Shown: positions 17,288 through 25,751 of the stretch, one piece after another
Layout: the number at the start of each line of letters is the position of its first letter
Position numbering within the stretch: the stretch's first letter is position 1
Origin: Nostoc sp. DedSLP03
GTDB taxonomy: Bacteria > Cyanobacteriota > Cyanobacteriia > Cyanobacteriales > Nostocaceae
DNA length: 64,000 nucleotides
Reading direction: 5' to 3'
NCBI RefSeq assembly: GCF_034530815.1
Contig: NZ_JAVRCK010000006.1
Coordinates: 8,988 to 72,987, forward strand
Notes under the pieces: generated by a model
Told to the model about the DNA's origin: nothing
The model's database searches: none
What the model saw: the letters and a program-made list of their open reading frames with translations, nothing else
Program-made: the position numbers and the translations under genes

Positions 17288-18502
17288 ATGGGATTCACTG
17301 AAGATATTACCAAGCTATCTGAACAAGTGCGTAAGCGGGCTGACCAAGTTGTTGGTGAAGAATCTACTAAGATGGCACTGATTGTTCCTTTTTTGAGTGT
17401 TCTTGGCTACGATGTCTATGATCCTAGTGAAGTAATGCCGGAATACGTGGCAGATTTTGCTATTAAAAAAGCAGGGCAGTTTGAAAAAGTTGATTACGCT
17501 TTAGCTATTAACAATAATATAGTTATGCTTGTAGAGGCAAAAGCCCGTGGTCAAAAAGCTGAAGCACATGATGGGCAACTGAGTCGCTATTTTAATGGAC
17601 TTTTGACAACAAAAGTAGCTATCGTCACTAATGGGGTTGAGTATCGTTTCTTTACAGACTTGCGTGATAAAAATGTCATGGACAAGGAGCCATTTTTTAC
17701 TTTTAATATCCTGGAATATGATACCAAAGATATTGACAACCTCAAATTTTTTCACCGTGATAATTTTGAGGTTACAGCTATTACCAACCATGCTGAAGAA
17801 ATGGTTTATGTAAAAGGCATGACTCAACTTCTAGGAAACCTTTTACGTTCTCCTTCTGAAGAATTTATTCGCTTTTTAGTGACTGAACTTGGTACAGTTG
17901 CTCCTAGTTATGAAATTAAAGGTCGAATTACTGGTAAAATTATTGATAAATTCAAACCAATTGTTAAAAAGTCGATTCAGGGAAGTTTAGTAGAGTTAAT
18001 GACTCGCTCACTTACTCCAGTAATAGATCAGCCTGTTGAACCTCCAATAGACGTAGATATTGAAGTAGGGGATATACAACCAGATCCTCAAGAATCAAAA
18101 GTAGTAACAACTGCTGAAGAAATCGAAGCTTTTGAAAAAATTAAAGCAATCACGCAAACCTCAACGAGTTACAATTATCAACTCCAATACAAAGATACTG
18201 TTTCATACTTTGGTATCAATCTTGTTGGCAAAAGTACTTGGTGGTTTCTGCGGCTGTATCTATCTTCGCAGAAAAAAAGTTTTGTTACTCGATTAAGTGT
18301 AGATGAAGTAAAGTCGCTAGCTTCAAACTTTGAAGTGCAGGAAGTAACAGCTTCTCTGGGAGATGTCGCATCAAAAGTAATTATTTCCTCTGTCAGCGAT
18401 TTAGATAAGCTGACATTACTGATTCTCAGATGTTACGAGGCAGAAGCAGCAAAGCATCAAACATTGACTCCAGATGTAATCAGAATGGAAAAATCAGCTT
18501 AA
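17288..18502 (+). CDS. HsdR-N-terminal-type (PD-(D/E)XK) restriction-endonuclease-like domain protein, stand-alone
   Basis: 404-aa ORF with a good SD (aggag). The N-terminal ~130 aa resemble the type I restriction enzyme R N-terminal nuclease domain (EESTKMALIVPFLSVLGYDV, VDYAL...VMLVEAKA, AIVTNGVEYRFF). The C-terminal 270 aa are unassigned. Confidence 0.6.
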   Translation: MGFTEDITKLSEQVRKRADQVVGEESTKMALIVPFLSVLGYDVYDPSEVMPEYVADFAIKKAGQFEKVDYALAINNNIVMLVEAKARGQKAEAHDGQLSRYFNGLLTTKVAIVTNGVEYRFFTDLRDKNVMDKEPFFTFNILEYDTKDIDNLKFFHRDNFEVTAITNHAEEMVYVKGMTQLLGNLLRSPSEEFIRFLVTELGTVAPSYEIKGRITGKIIDKFKPIVKKSIQGSLVELMTRSLTPVIDQPVEPPIDVDIEVGDIQPDPQESKVVTTAEEIEAFEKIKAITQTSTSYNYQLQYKDTVSYFGINLVGKSTWWFLRLYLSSQKKSFVTRLSVDEVKSLASNFEVQEVTASLGDVASKVIISSVSDLDKLTLLILRCYEAEAAKHQTLTPDVIRMEKSA

Positions 18503-18607
18503 CTCAAGGTATCTACTACCAAACTATAGCTAACCAACTATCTGCAATTTTTGCCTGTTAACAAATTAGCGATCGCAGTACTAATTACTTGACATCCTAG
18601 CAACGAC

Positions 18608-18639
18608 AAAAAAAGTGGCTCTGCAATCAGCAGAACCAC
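18608..18639 (-). terminator. rho-independent terminator of acsF
   Basis: The minus strand reads gtggttctgc-tgatt-gcagagccac (10-bp stem with one G-U pair) followed by ttttttt. Confidence 0.8.
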
Positions 18640-18665
18640 CAAAGCTTTCGCAAATTTGTTATGAA

Positions 18666-19742
18666 TTAACGAACTGCCCCTTGAGCAGAAACAGTATCAA
18701 TGGGTTTCATCAGGTACAGTCGCAATAACTGCCAGCCGTTGGAGATGTAAAGTGGCAGTTTTTGGAACAATTGCAGGAATTTGGGAGTGTTGGAGTTAGC
18801 GATCGCACCCAACTTCTCATTATTGCTTATACAAACATCCAAGCGATCGTAAAACTCTGGATTCTCTACATCCAGCATCAGTGGGAATACCCGACCTGCG
18901 TTTTCGTTGGTCTTCTTAATTACATGGATATCGTATTCCCGTGCATCCAATCCCAGGGTGGCATAAAAGTCCTTGCGTTGGATGTCATTGAGATACATAG
19001 TTGCAAATACCGATAATAGGAAGAACCGACTCCACAGCCGTGCTTTCCAATCATTCAACATTTGCGGCTGAGATTTCATCACCGCATCAAAGAAATCACC
19101 GTGACGGTTTTCATCTTGACACCAGTTTTCAAAGAACCGGAAGATTGGATAAACCCGATCTTCAGGATGTGCTTCTAAATGGCGATAAATGGTGATGTAA
19201 CGCCAATAACCGATTTTCTCAGAAAGATAAGTAGCGTAGAAGATGAATTTCGGTTTAAAGAAGGTATAACTGCGGCTCTTAGTCAAAAACCCTAAATCTA
19301 GGGACAGATTAAAGTCCGACAAAGCTTTGTTCAAAAAGCCAGCGTGACGCGCTTCATCCCGTGACATCAGGTTAAAACACTCTGCCAAAACAGGGCTTTT
19401 TCCTTTTAAGCGACGACCAAGTTCTTTATACAGCAAAAAGCCGGAAAACTCTGCCGTACAAGAACGTTCTAGAAATTCAACGAACAACTTGCGAGTTTCC
19501 CCGTCAATATGATCCCAGGATTGTTCAAATTCGGCATCCCGAACAAAGTGGTGGCGGTTGTAATCAGTGCGGAACTCTTCGAGAATGGCTTGTAACTCGT
19601 CTTCGTTGACGGAGATATCCATCCGGGCCATTTCATCAAAATCGGTAGTATAAAACCGAGGTGTTAACAGGGTTTCTTTTGCCGGGACTTTAATCCCTGG
19701 CCGGATTTCTTCAAAGCCTGGTTTTTTGAGGGAATCTACCAT
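18666..19742 (-). CDS. acsF: Mg-protoporphyrin IX monomethyl ester oxidative cyclase
   Basis: 358-aa ORF matching AcsF/ChlE along its full length ([15 protein letters not shown], di-iron ExxH motifs EARHAGF and DENRHGDFF). Confidence 0.93.
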   Translation of the reverse strand: MVDSLKKPGFEEIRPGIKVPAKETLLTPRFYTTDFDEMARMDISVNEDELQAILEEFRTDYNRHHFVRDAEFEQSWDHIDGETRKLFVEFLERSCTAEFSGFLLYKELGRRLKGKSPVLAECFNLMSRDEARHAGFLNKALSDFNLSLDLGFLTKSRSYTFFKPKFIFYATYLSEKIGYWRYITIYRHLEAHPEDRVYPIFRFFENWCQDENRHGDFFDAVMKSQPQMLNDWKARLWSRFFLLSVFATMYLNDIQRKDFYATLGLDAREYDIHVIKKTNENAGRVFPLMLDVENPEFYDRLDVCISNNEKLGAIANSNTPKFLQLFQKLPLYISNGWQLLRLYLMKPIDTVSAQGAVR

Positions 19743-20437
19743 GTCTTGATTTCTCTTTCGTCTTTATTATCTTAAGTAGACCTTTCGGGTGACGTTCCTA
19801 CGTCTCTACCGCCACGGTAACGGCAGTTCCTCATGGGAAACCCGTTGGCGCTAGTCTCTCTTTTGGGAGAAGACCGGACTGCCTCACCAGAAATCCTCTG
19901 GCAAACCGTAACAGCCCACAATAATCCAATTGTATAAAGTTCAGTCTACCAAGGTGCGGGTGAGAAATTTCTAAGCAAAACATTAAGAGTTGCAACAATC
20001 ATTCCGTATTTGCGGAATCAAAAATCGCGGATTGGTAGTCAAATAAATATAGTTCAGCAAGCAGCATTATCTCGTTGAAGTGGAGTAGCACTTACCTCTT
20101 GATTTTCAAAGCACTACTATTTCAGTAATTTTCTGTGGTTGTTACTACAATAAATTTATGGGGTTCTATTAATACATTAGACAGCTTAAAATTAACAATC
20201 CATGAGTAGCATAATTACTGGTAAATCTAAGTAATTTAGTTATTTTTTGCACCTTTATCAATAATTCTAGATTAGACAATGCCCACAACTTCAAATCAGA
20301 ACAGCAGTGTCTATTACGAAAGTTGTTAGAAAGCAAATGGTGCAAGATGTAAGTCTAGCTATTAGCACTTAGTATAAAAAACAGTCCCACAAAAACATTT
20401 TAAACAACAAGAGTAAATCCAAAAGGTTGAAAACAAG

Positions 20438-20935
20438 ATGAATCTTGAAAACAATCAGCAGCAAAAAGACCGACTTCTTGTCTCTTATATCTTATGTGCA
20501 GTCGGATTTATCGGGGTAGGAGGATTGCAGCGTTTCTACAATGGCAAGATCGGAACTGGTTTGTTATGGCTGTTGACTGGTGGTGTATTTGGTGTAGGGC
20601 AGTTTGTGGATTTATTCTTTATCCCCAATATGGTTGACGAATACGAACATAACTTGAGATTAAAAGCGGGTGTATCTCCCTTTGGTGTGCCGTTGAATCA
20701 AGCAGTAGTTGCTTCTCAAGTCCACCAACCAACAGGCAACCAACTGATGGTGAAACTGATTGAAGCGGCGGAAAGCAAAGGTGGTATTTTAACTGTCACT
20801 CAAGGCGTAAAGTTTACAGGAGCCAGCTTTGCTGAAGTGGAAGCTACTCTCAAAGAGATGTACAAATCAGGTTATGTAAAAATTGATAACGACCCCAATA
20901 CTGGAGCCGTTACTTACCATTTCCACGAGCTTTAA
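20438..20935 (+). CDS. TM2 domain-containing membrane protein
   Basis: 165-aa ORF with a TM2-like pair of helices ([38 protein letters not shown]) and a soluble C-terminal domain. Confidence 0.75.
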   Translation: MNLENNQQQKDRLLVSYILCAVGFIGVGGLQRFYNGKIGTGLLWLLTGGVFGVGQFVDLFFIPNMVDEYEHNLRLKAGVSPFGVPLNQAVVASQVHQPTGNQLMVKLIEAAESKGGILTVTQGVKFTGASFAEVEATLKEMYKSGYVKIDNDPNTGAVTYHFHEL

Positions 20936-20940
20936 TTGTT

Positions 20941-21053
20941 ATTAGTCATTTGTCTTTTGTCATTTGTTCTTTGTGCTTTGTTATTTGTCATTTGTTAAAA
21001 ACCAATGACCAATGACCAATGACCAATGACCAATGACCAATGACCAATGACTA
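20941..21053. repeat. STRR2-type heptamer array (ACCAATG x7, reverse complement of TTGGTCA) with a degenerate complementary arm
   Basis: The arm at 20943-20995 carries gtcattt-like units. The arm at 21001-21053 carries accaatg x7. Together they can form a long imperfect hairpin between convergent genes. Confidence 0.9.
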
Positions 21054-21743
21054 ATTTCTACCTAACCACTTTTGACCGTCCAAGCGCTGAACTAAGCCAT
21101 ATACCAACAAATCGAGGGTAATTTTGCGCTCATCGATTAAGAATGACTCAAGAGTGCTAGGTTTTTTGCCTTCATTACAAGAAAATCCTTTTTTGCCTTG
21201 AATATCTTCATCGGGGAAGTACAGGTTAAACTGACGCTTACCGATTTCTGACCAACTGCCAATAATTTGCCAGCATTCTTCGGCGGATTCAAAGCCAGTG
21301 ATTGGCATCTTCTGCTTGGCAAAAGACACCTGTAAATCTTTCACACCTTTTTGAGCGATCGCTTTTTGTAAAGCTGGTAAGTAGTCTTGCTCAATGAACT
21401 CTACAAATGGCTTATTTTCAACAGCTGGGGCTTTTTCCTTTTTAGGGGCTTTAGCGGCGGGTTTTTCTTCTGTTGCATCGTCGTCGGCGGGTTTTTCTGC
21501 TTTTGCGGCTTTAGCTGCGGCGGCGGGTTTTTCTCGCTTGGGTGATGCAGCAGCTGGTTTGGCAGCATTGGGATTATCTTCGGGGTTTGCGGCTTTAGGA
21601 TCTGGCGCGTTGGCAGTAGGAATATCTGTGGCTTCGGATGAGTCTGTACTGGGAGCGTGTTCTTCAGCTACACTGGGAGCTTGCTTGTCAACAGTGCTGG
21701 GAGCTACTTCTCCCGCTTGATTGTGATTGGTTGGGTCTGCCAT
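21051..21743 (-). CDS. conserved cyanobacterial protein (DUF2996-like) with an Ala/Pro/Lys-rich N-terminal region
   Basis: 230-aa ORF. The N-terminal ~105 aa are low complexity (PAAAAKAAKAEKPADDD). The C-terminal globular part (FVEFIEQDYLPALQKAIAQKGV...FNLYFPDEDIQGKKGF) recalls DUF2996. Assigned from memory only. Confidence 0.5.
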   Translation of the reverse strand: MADPTNHNQAGEVAPSTVDKQAPSVAEEHAPSTDSSEATDIPTANAPDPKAANPEDNPNAAKPAAASPKREKPAAAAKAAKAEKPADDDATEEKPAAKAPKKEKAPAVENKPFVEFIEQDYLPALQKAIAQKGVKDLQVSFAKQKMPITGFESAEECWQIIGSWSEIGKRQFNLYFPDEDIQGKKGFSCNEGKKPSTLESFLIDERKITLDLLVYGLVQRLDGQKWLGRN

Positions 21744-21935
21744 TGCTCAGGTCAATCCTTTAATCTAGCTTTGGGAGCGATCGCTCACCTTGATGTATCG
21801 GGTACTTTTATTTTGACATACTACTACCGCTGTGCAGAATTCGTAATTTGTATTTGTAATTCGTAATTTTTTATATACCGCAAGGGTTTCATTTATTTGG
21901 GATGGGTGGTTTACTTGCAATACTGTTTGGTTAAG

Positions 21936-21965
21936 GTAAGAGACGCGATGAATCGCCGTCTCTAC
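21936..21965. repeat. small palindromic dispersed repeat (GTAGAGACGCGAT..ATCGCGTCTCTAC family)
   Basis: gtaagagacgcgatgaatcgccgtctctac. Related copies lie at 41795-41819 and 62409-62436. Confidence 0.8.
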
Positions 21966-22029
21966 AATATTCAGTCTTTTGTCTTGACGGCGATAAATCA
22001 CATCTTTAGCGATCTAGAATTTTCATCCT

Positions 22030-23076
22030 TCAAATTCCTTTGAATCCCATGCCAGTTTCTACCTGTTGCTGTGCCGGAGTAGAATTTACCTTGCTGCTAG
22101 AAGTCTGACGCCTAGTGCCAACTTGGCTCAAGAATATACCTACTAAAATCAAGCTACCGCCAATATATTGAGGTCGGGTAGGGGCTTCACCCAAAATTGA
22201 ATAGGCTGCGATAATTCCCACAATTGGGCCAAATGAGCTAACTAAGGAAGCCATAGATGCAGTAGAAGTTTTCAAGCCTTTAATCCAAAAAGACTGGCCT
22301 ACCACCACAATCAACCCGCCATAAAGAAACATCCATTGCCACAAGAATGGTGAGAGAACATCAGCGAAATGATCCTTGCCATAGAGGACTAAAGCAATAA
22401 AGAAAAAGATTACAGTTCCAAGTGCAGTCCGAAAGATGCTATAGATTCCCAAAGGAATCTGCGAAAGGTGTTTCTTGCTAATAATCGTAGAAGCGGCTAT
22501 GGCTATAGATGCAGCTGCGGCTAAAAGTTCCCCTATGCCTAAACCGAAACCTCCCATGTTCATCATGGTTTCTGTTGGAGGTTGAAGGATAATAGTTAGG
22601 ATAACGCCAACAAAAGCTGCGATCGCACCAATAAATTCCCAAATATTTACCCGTTCTTTCAATAACCAAACTGATAAAGCCAAAGTTAGAGGCGGTTCCA
22701 AACGTCCCACTAAGATGACATTGTTCACCCCTGTGAGTGCCAGCGCCTGGAAAATTAAGCCAGGGGCTAACGCTCCTGATAAAATAGCTACTGCTGTTAG
22801 ACTGACCCAATCTTTCCTTGAGAGTTGTTTCAAATTAGCTTTGTTCCACTGTCGTCCATAGATTAGGATCAGAAGTATCAAAGCGCAAAGGTTTCCCACG
22901 AATAAAACATTACATAAAGAAATCGGATTGCGGTTGCCGATCAAATGTTGAGCGCCAATTTCTGTTAGTTTCCGAGTAACAGCGCTAGATGCTCCAAAAA
23001 TTAGCATTGCTAGCCAGAGATATGTTTGTCCTGAAATTCTATGGATTTGGCGATGTGGTCTTTTGGCTCTAGTCAC
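22030..23076 (-). CDS. DMT-superfamily (EamA-like) transporter
   Basis: 348-aa ORF with ~10 TM helices in two EamA-like halves. GTG start per ORF track. Confidence 0.8.
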   Translation of the reverse strand: MTRAKRPHRQIHRISGQTYLWLAMLIFGASSAVTRKLTEIGAQHLIGNRNPISLCNVLFVGNLCALILLILIYGRQWNKANLKQLSRKDWVSLTAVAILSGALAPGLIFQALALTGVNNVILVGRLEPPLTLALSVWLLKERVNIWEFIGAIAAFVGVILTIILQPPTETMMNMGGFGLGIGELLAAAASIAIAASTIISKKHLSQIPLGIYSIFRTALGTVIFFFIALVLYGKDHFADVLSPFLWQWMFLYGGLIVVVGQSFWIKGLKTSTASMASLVSSFGPIVGIIAAYSILGEAPTRPQYIGGSLILVGIFLSQVGTRRQTSSSKVNSTPAQQQVETGMGFKGI

Positions 23077-23332
23077 AATAAAATCACTGCAATGAAAGCA
23101 TTGCTCATCATATTAAGTTATCCTCAGAGCCTTCAAAATGAGGTTTTGTTGAGAAGATACTTAAATTCTCCTGTGACTTTGAGCAACCATGATTAGCTGA
23201 GAAAATGCTGAGAATTCACTAAATTTTCTCAAAGGATAAATTCATGAAAATAGTGGCTTAGTTTCAATAAGCTCTCACTGCCACCTGAGATGCTTGGGAT
23301 GTTCAGGATAAAACAAAGAAGAGAAGTAACAA

Positions 23333-23695
23333 ATGAAACTCGCACCCTTACTTACAAGTGTAGCCTTGGTTGGTTTTTTCACAGTTTGGGACGTACCATT
23401 AAAGGCGATCAATCCGTCATTAGTGCAAGCATCAGCAGCCGAAGAAATGTCTGTAGCACAAAAATTAGATTTGCTTACTAAGAGTAAGGGTCAAGTTGGT
23501 AGTGGCGATCAACTACGTCGTTTCTTTTTTGGTGACTTGGAACCAATCGGTATCCAGGTAGGTGGTGCAGGTCATGTAGTTAACCTTTATAACAAAGCTA
23601 ATGATGTCACATTCGCTTACTGTTCGCATTATGATGTGATTGTTGCCATTAGGAAAGGTAAGGTAACTAAATTTGAACCCAACGAAGTCAAGTAA
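23333..23695 (+). CDS. hypothetical secreted protein
   Basis: 120-aa ORF with a signal-like N-terminus (MKLAPLLTSVALVGFFTVW). No family recognised. Confidence 0.45.
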   Translation: MKLAPLLTSVALVGFFTVWDVPLKAINPSLVQASAAEEMSVAQKLDLLTKSKGQVGSGDQLRRFFFGDLEPIGIQVGGAGHVVNLYNKANDVTFAYCSHYDVIVAIRKGKVTKFEPNEVK

Positions 23696-23776
23696 TCATA
23701 AATCCACTTTCTAATTAATATTTTGCTGACACTAGAGGAGCGATTTGATTGCATCTAGGTTGCAATATATGAAGAA

Positions 23777-23810
23777 AAGCCCGGAGTCACAAAAACGTCT
23801 CCGGCTTTAT
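23777..23810 (+). terminator. probable rho-independent terminator
   Basis: The agcc(c)ggag ... ctccggct stem (8 bp with one bulge) is followed by tttat. It lies 80 nt after the stop at 23695. Confidence 0.5.
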
Positions 23811-24665
23811 GCTGTGCATTTATGCTTGAACAAAAGTCTGATTTAGTCCTTCTCCAAAAATTATTAAGTTTCTGAAATATCGGGTCAAATATAAAAGTTA
23901 AAATATGATACTTTTTGCCCTTAAACTCTTATTTAATTATTTTCGTTCTAGGTATTTTACAATGAGGTTTTTAAAAGTGATCGCTTGCGAACAAAAATTG
24001 TTTAATAGCTATTAAAGCAATTATTCTATGCTACCTCACATAGATAATCGGTAGCAGTTCCAGATTAATGTAGTCAATGATTTTCCTTTTTTGAAAAAAT
24101 ATAAAAATTATATAATCCAGTCAAAAAAATCAGCAAAAACTAAACCTTAACCAAGATGCTATTCAATCTTAATGATTAGGAAAAATATTCTTAACATTAT
24201 TCAAATACACTCTTGCTAAGATAACTCCAAATACAGATTACAATCTTAGGTTTTGACTTTTAATGGGCGAATAAAAGATGCTTAATTCTCGGTTCATTGT
24301 AATCAAAATTGGAAATAATGGGTTCCAAAAAAATGTGTGGAAGTGTAGCTAGATGTAGTTTTGAGATTTCTACATCTGACATCAAGTTCTCACATATCCT
24401 AATTTCAAAACTTGAGCAAATAGTAATTACAACAATCTTGAGTTAAGTTTTTTTAGCCTATTTACAGTCAAAAGTTTAGTAATTAGTATTTCAGTTTTGC
24501 AAACTTCTCGGCTATATAAGCAAAGTAAGATAACGCAAACTAATCTTAAATCTCAACCTAGCAAAATTAGCTTTGTTTGTATCGTACTGGCTTTTAGTCA
24601 GGTAGCAGTTTGCATATTTGGAGTGTTCCCAAACGTTTTACAGCTTGAATAAAAGGAAAATTCTT

Positions 24666-25655
24666 ATGGCTCTCTATGGCTATACCATTGGAGAAGATCG
24701 CGACTCAAACGCTAGTAATGGCAAGCAACTTGACGTTTACCGCTTTTTGATCCCTTCTGGACCTGGAGGTTCTATTACTCCTACAAGAGTAGGTACAGTC
24801 AATCTTCCAGCTACTGCTACTACCGCCGATCTAGAAGGTTTGGGAACTAACCCTCGTACCGGAAGGGTAGGTGCGGTTAACGAAGCACGCGTTACTGGTG
24901 CTACAACACCAATCGATCCAACTGTTACTGTCGTTAATAATGTAGATCAGCCTTTTGCTCCAGCCACGACCTCACCAACCCGTACATCATCTGACCTACG
25001 TCGTTTTGGATTTGAGTCAGGTGCTGACTTTGGACGTGACTATTCAGTAGCTGCTCAACCAATTGTTCTATACAACATTTCAGGGAATCCGAATCCCGCA
25101 AATGGGCCAGTAGGAAGCTCTCTTTATAAAATTACTACAGCTACCCCTGGAACTGTTAGCCTTGTAGACGGCTTTGGCGCACCTACTACTACTGCACAAA
25201 GACAAGGAACTCAACCTACCAATCCTGGAAAATTTGCCGATGGATTAGCTATCGACAATCTCAATCCTGGTAGAACTCGCGCTCTTGCTAGCGATTTCAG
25301 GACTAATGATGGAGATGGAAACCAGCTTTACAAAGTCGATTTGCTTACTGGTGAACTATCTGCACCGATTACTCTAAGAACTCCTTCAGGACAAGCTCTG
25401 AATGTCAACGCAGATTCTGGGTTGTCATTTACTAACTTCGGTTCTCAAAGATTGCTGGGTTGGCTGGAAACTGGCGCTGTCTATGAGATCACAGGCTACC
25501 AAGATGAACTTGCTGCATCAGGTCTAGGTTTAGGTAGTGCCACAGGTACTAATGGCGCTGGCTTTGCAACCGCCACCTTACTTGGTAACGTTAATTTACC
25601 AAATGCTGTGAGTGGAGTCGTTGATTATGAAGGCTTTACGATTGTTAATGAATAA
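24666..25655 (+). CDS. hypothetical Thr/Gly/Pro-rich protein, no signal peptide
   Basis: ORF 24618-25655 starts at a TTG. The ATG at 24666 with upstream aaggaaa is preferred, giving 329 aa. No Cys. Contains repeated LYK(I/V) motifs and one ..TG.. motif, and DGDGNQ. No family recognised. Confidence 0.5.
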   Translation: MALYGYTIGEDRDSNASNGKQLDVYRFLIPSGPGGSITPTRVGTVNLPATATTADLEGLGTNPRTGRVGAVNEARVTGATTPIDPTVTVVNNVDQPFAPATTSPTRTSSDLRRFGFESGADFGRDYSVAAQPIVLYNISGNPNPANGPVGSSLYKITTATPGTVSLVDGFGAPTTTAQRQGTQPTNPGKFADGLAIDNLNPGRTRALASDFRTNDGDGNQLYKVDLLTGELSAPITLRTPSGQALNVNADSGLSFTNFGSQRLLGWLETGAVYEITGYQDELAASGLGLGSATGTNGAGFATATLLGNVNLPNAVSGVVDYEGFTIVNE

Positions 25656-25676
25656 CAGTCGTCAATAGCATACTCT

Positions 25677-25719
25677 TTCTTCAACTCTTGTAAAAAGTAC
25701 TTTTGCAAGAGTTGAAGAA
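25677..25719. terminator. bidirectional terminator-like palindrome between convergent genes
   Basis: ttcttcaactcttg at 25677-25690 is the exact reverse complement of caagagttgaagaa at 25706-25719. The inner aaaagt/actttt also pair. Confidence 0.65.
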
Positions 25720-25751
25720 CGGAGCTAAGGATAAAAAAGTGCCAAGCGGGA

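Noticed and set aside
19800-19900. Possible cobalamin riboswitch: plus-strand ccgccacggtaacgg and gaagaccggactgcctc resemble the CCGCCACUGU core and the B12 box.
   Set aside because: The elements are in the wrong order for the plus strand, and the GGGAA/GGUG core arrangement is missing. No plus-strand gene follows within 500 nt. The minus-strand reading does not match the consensus either. An Rfam/Infernal scan would settle it.
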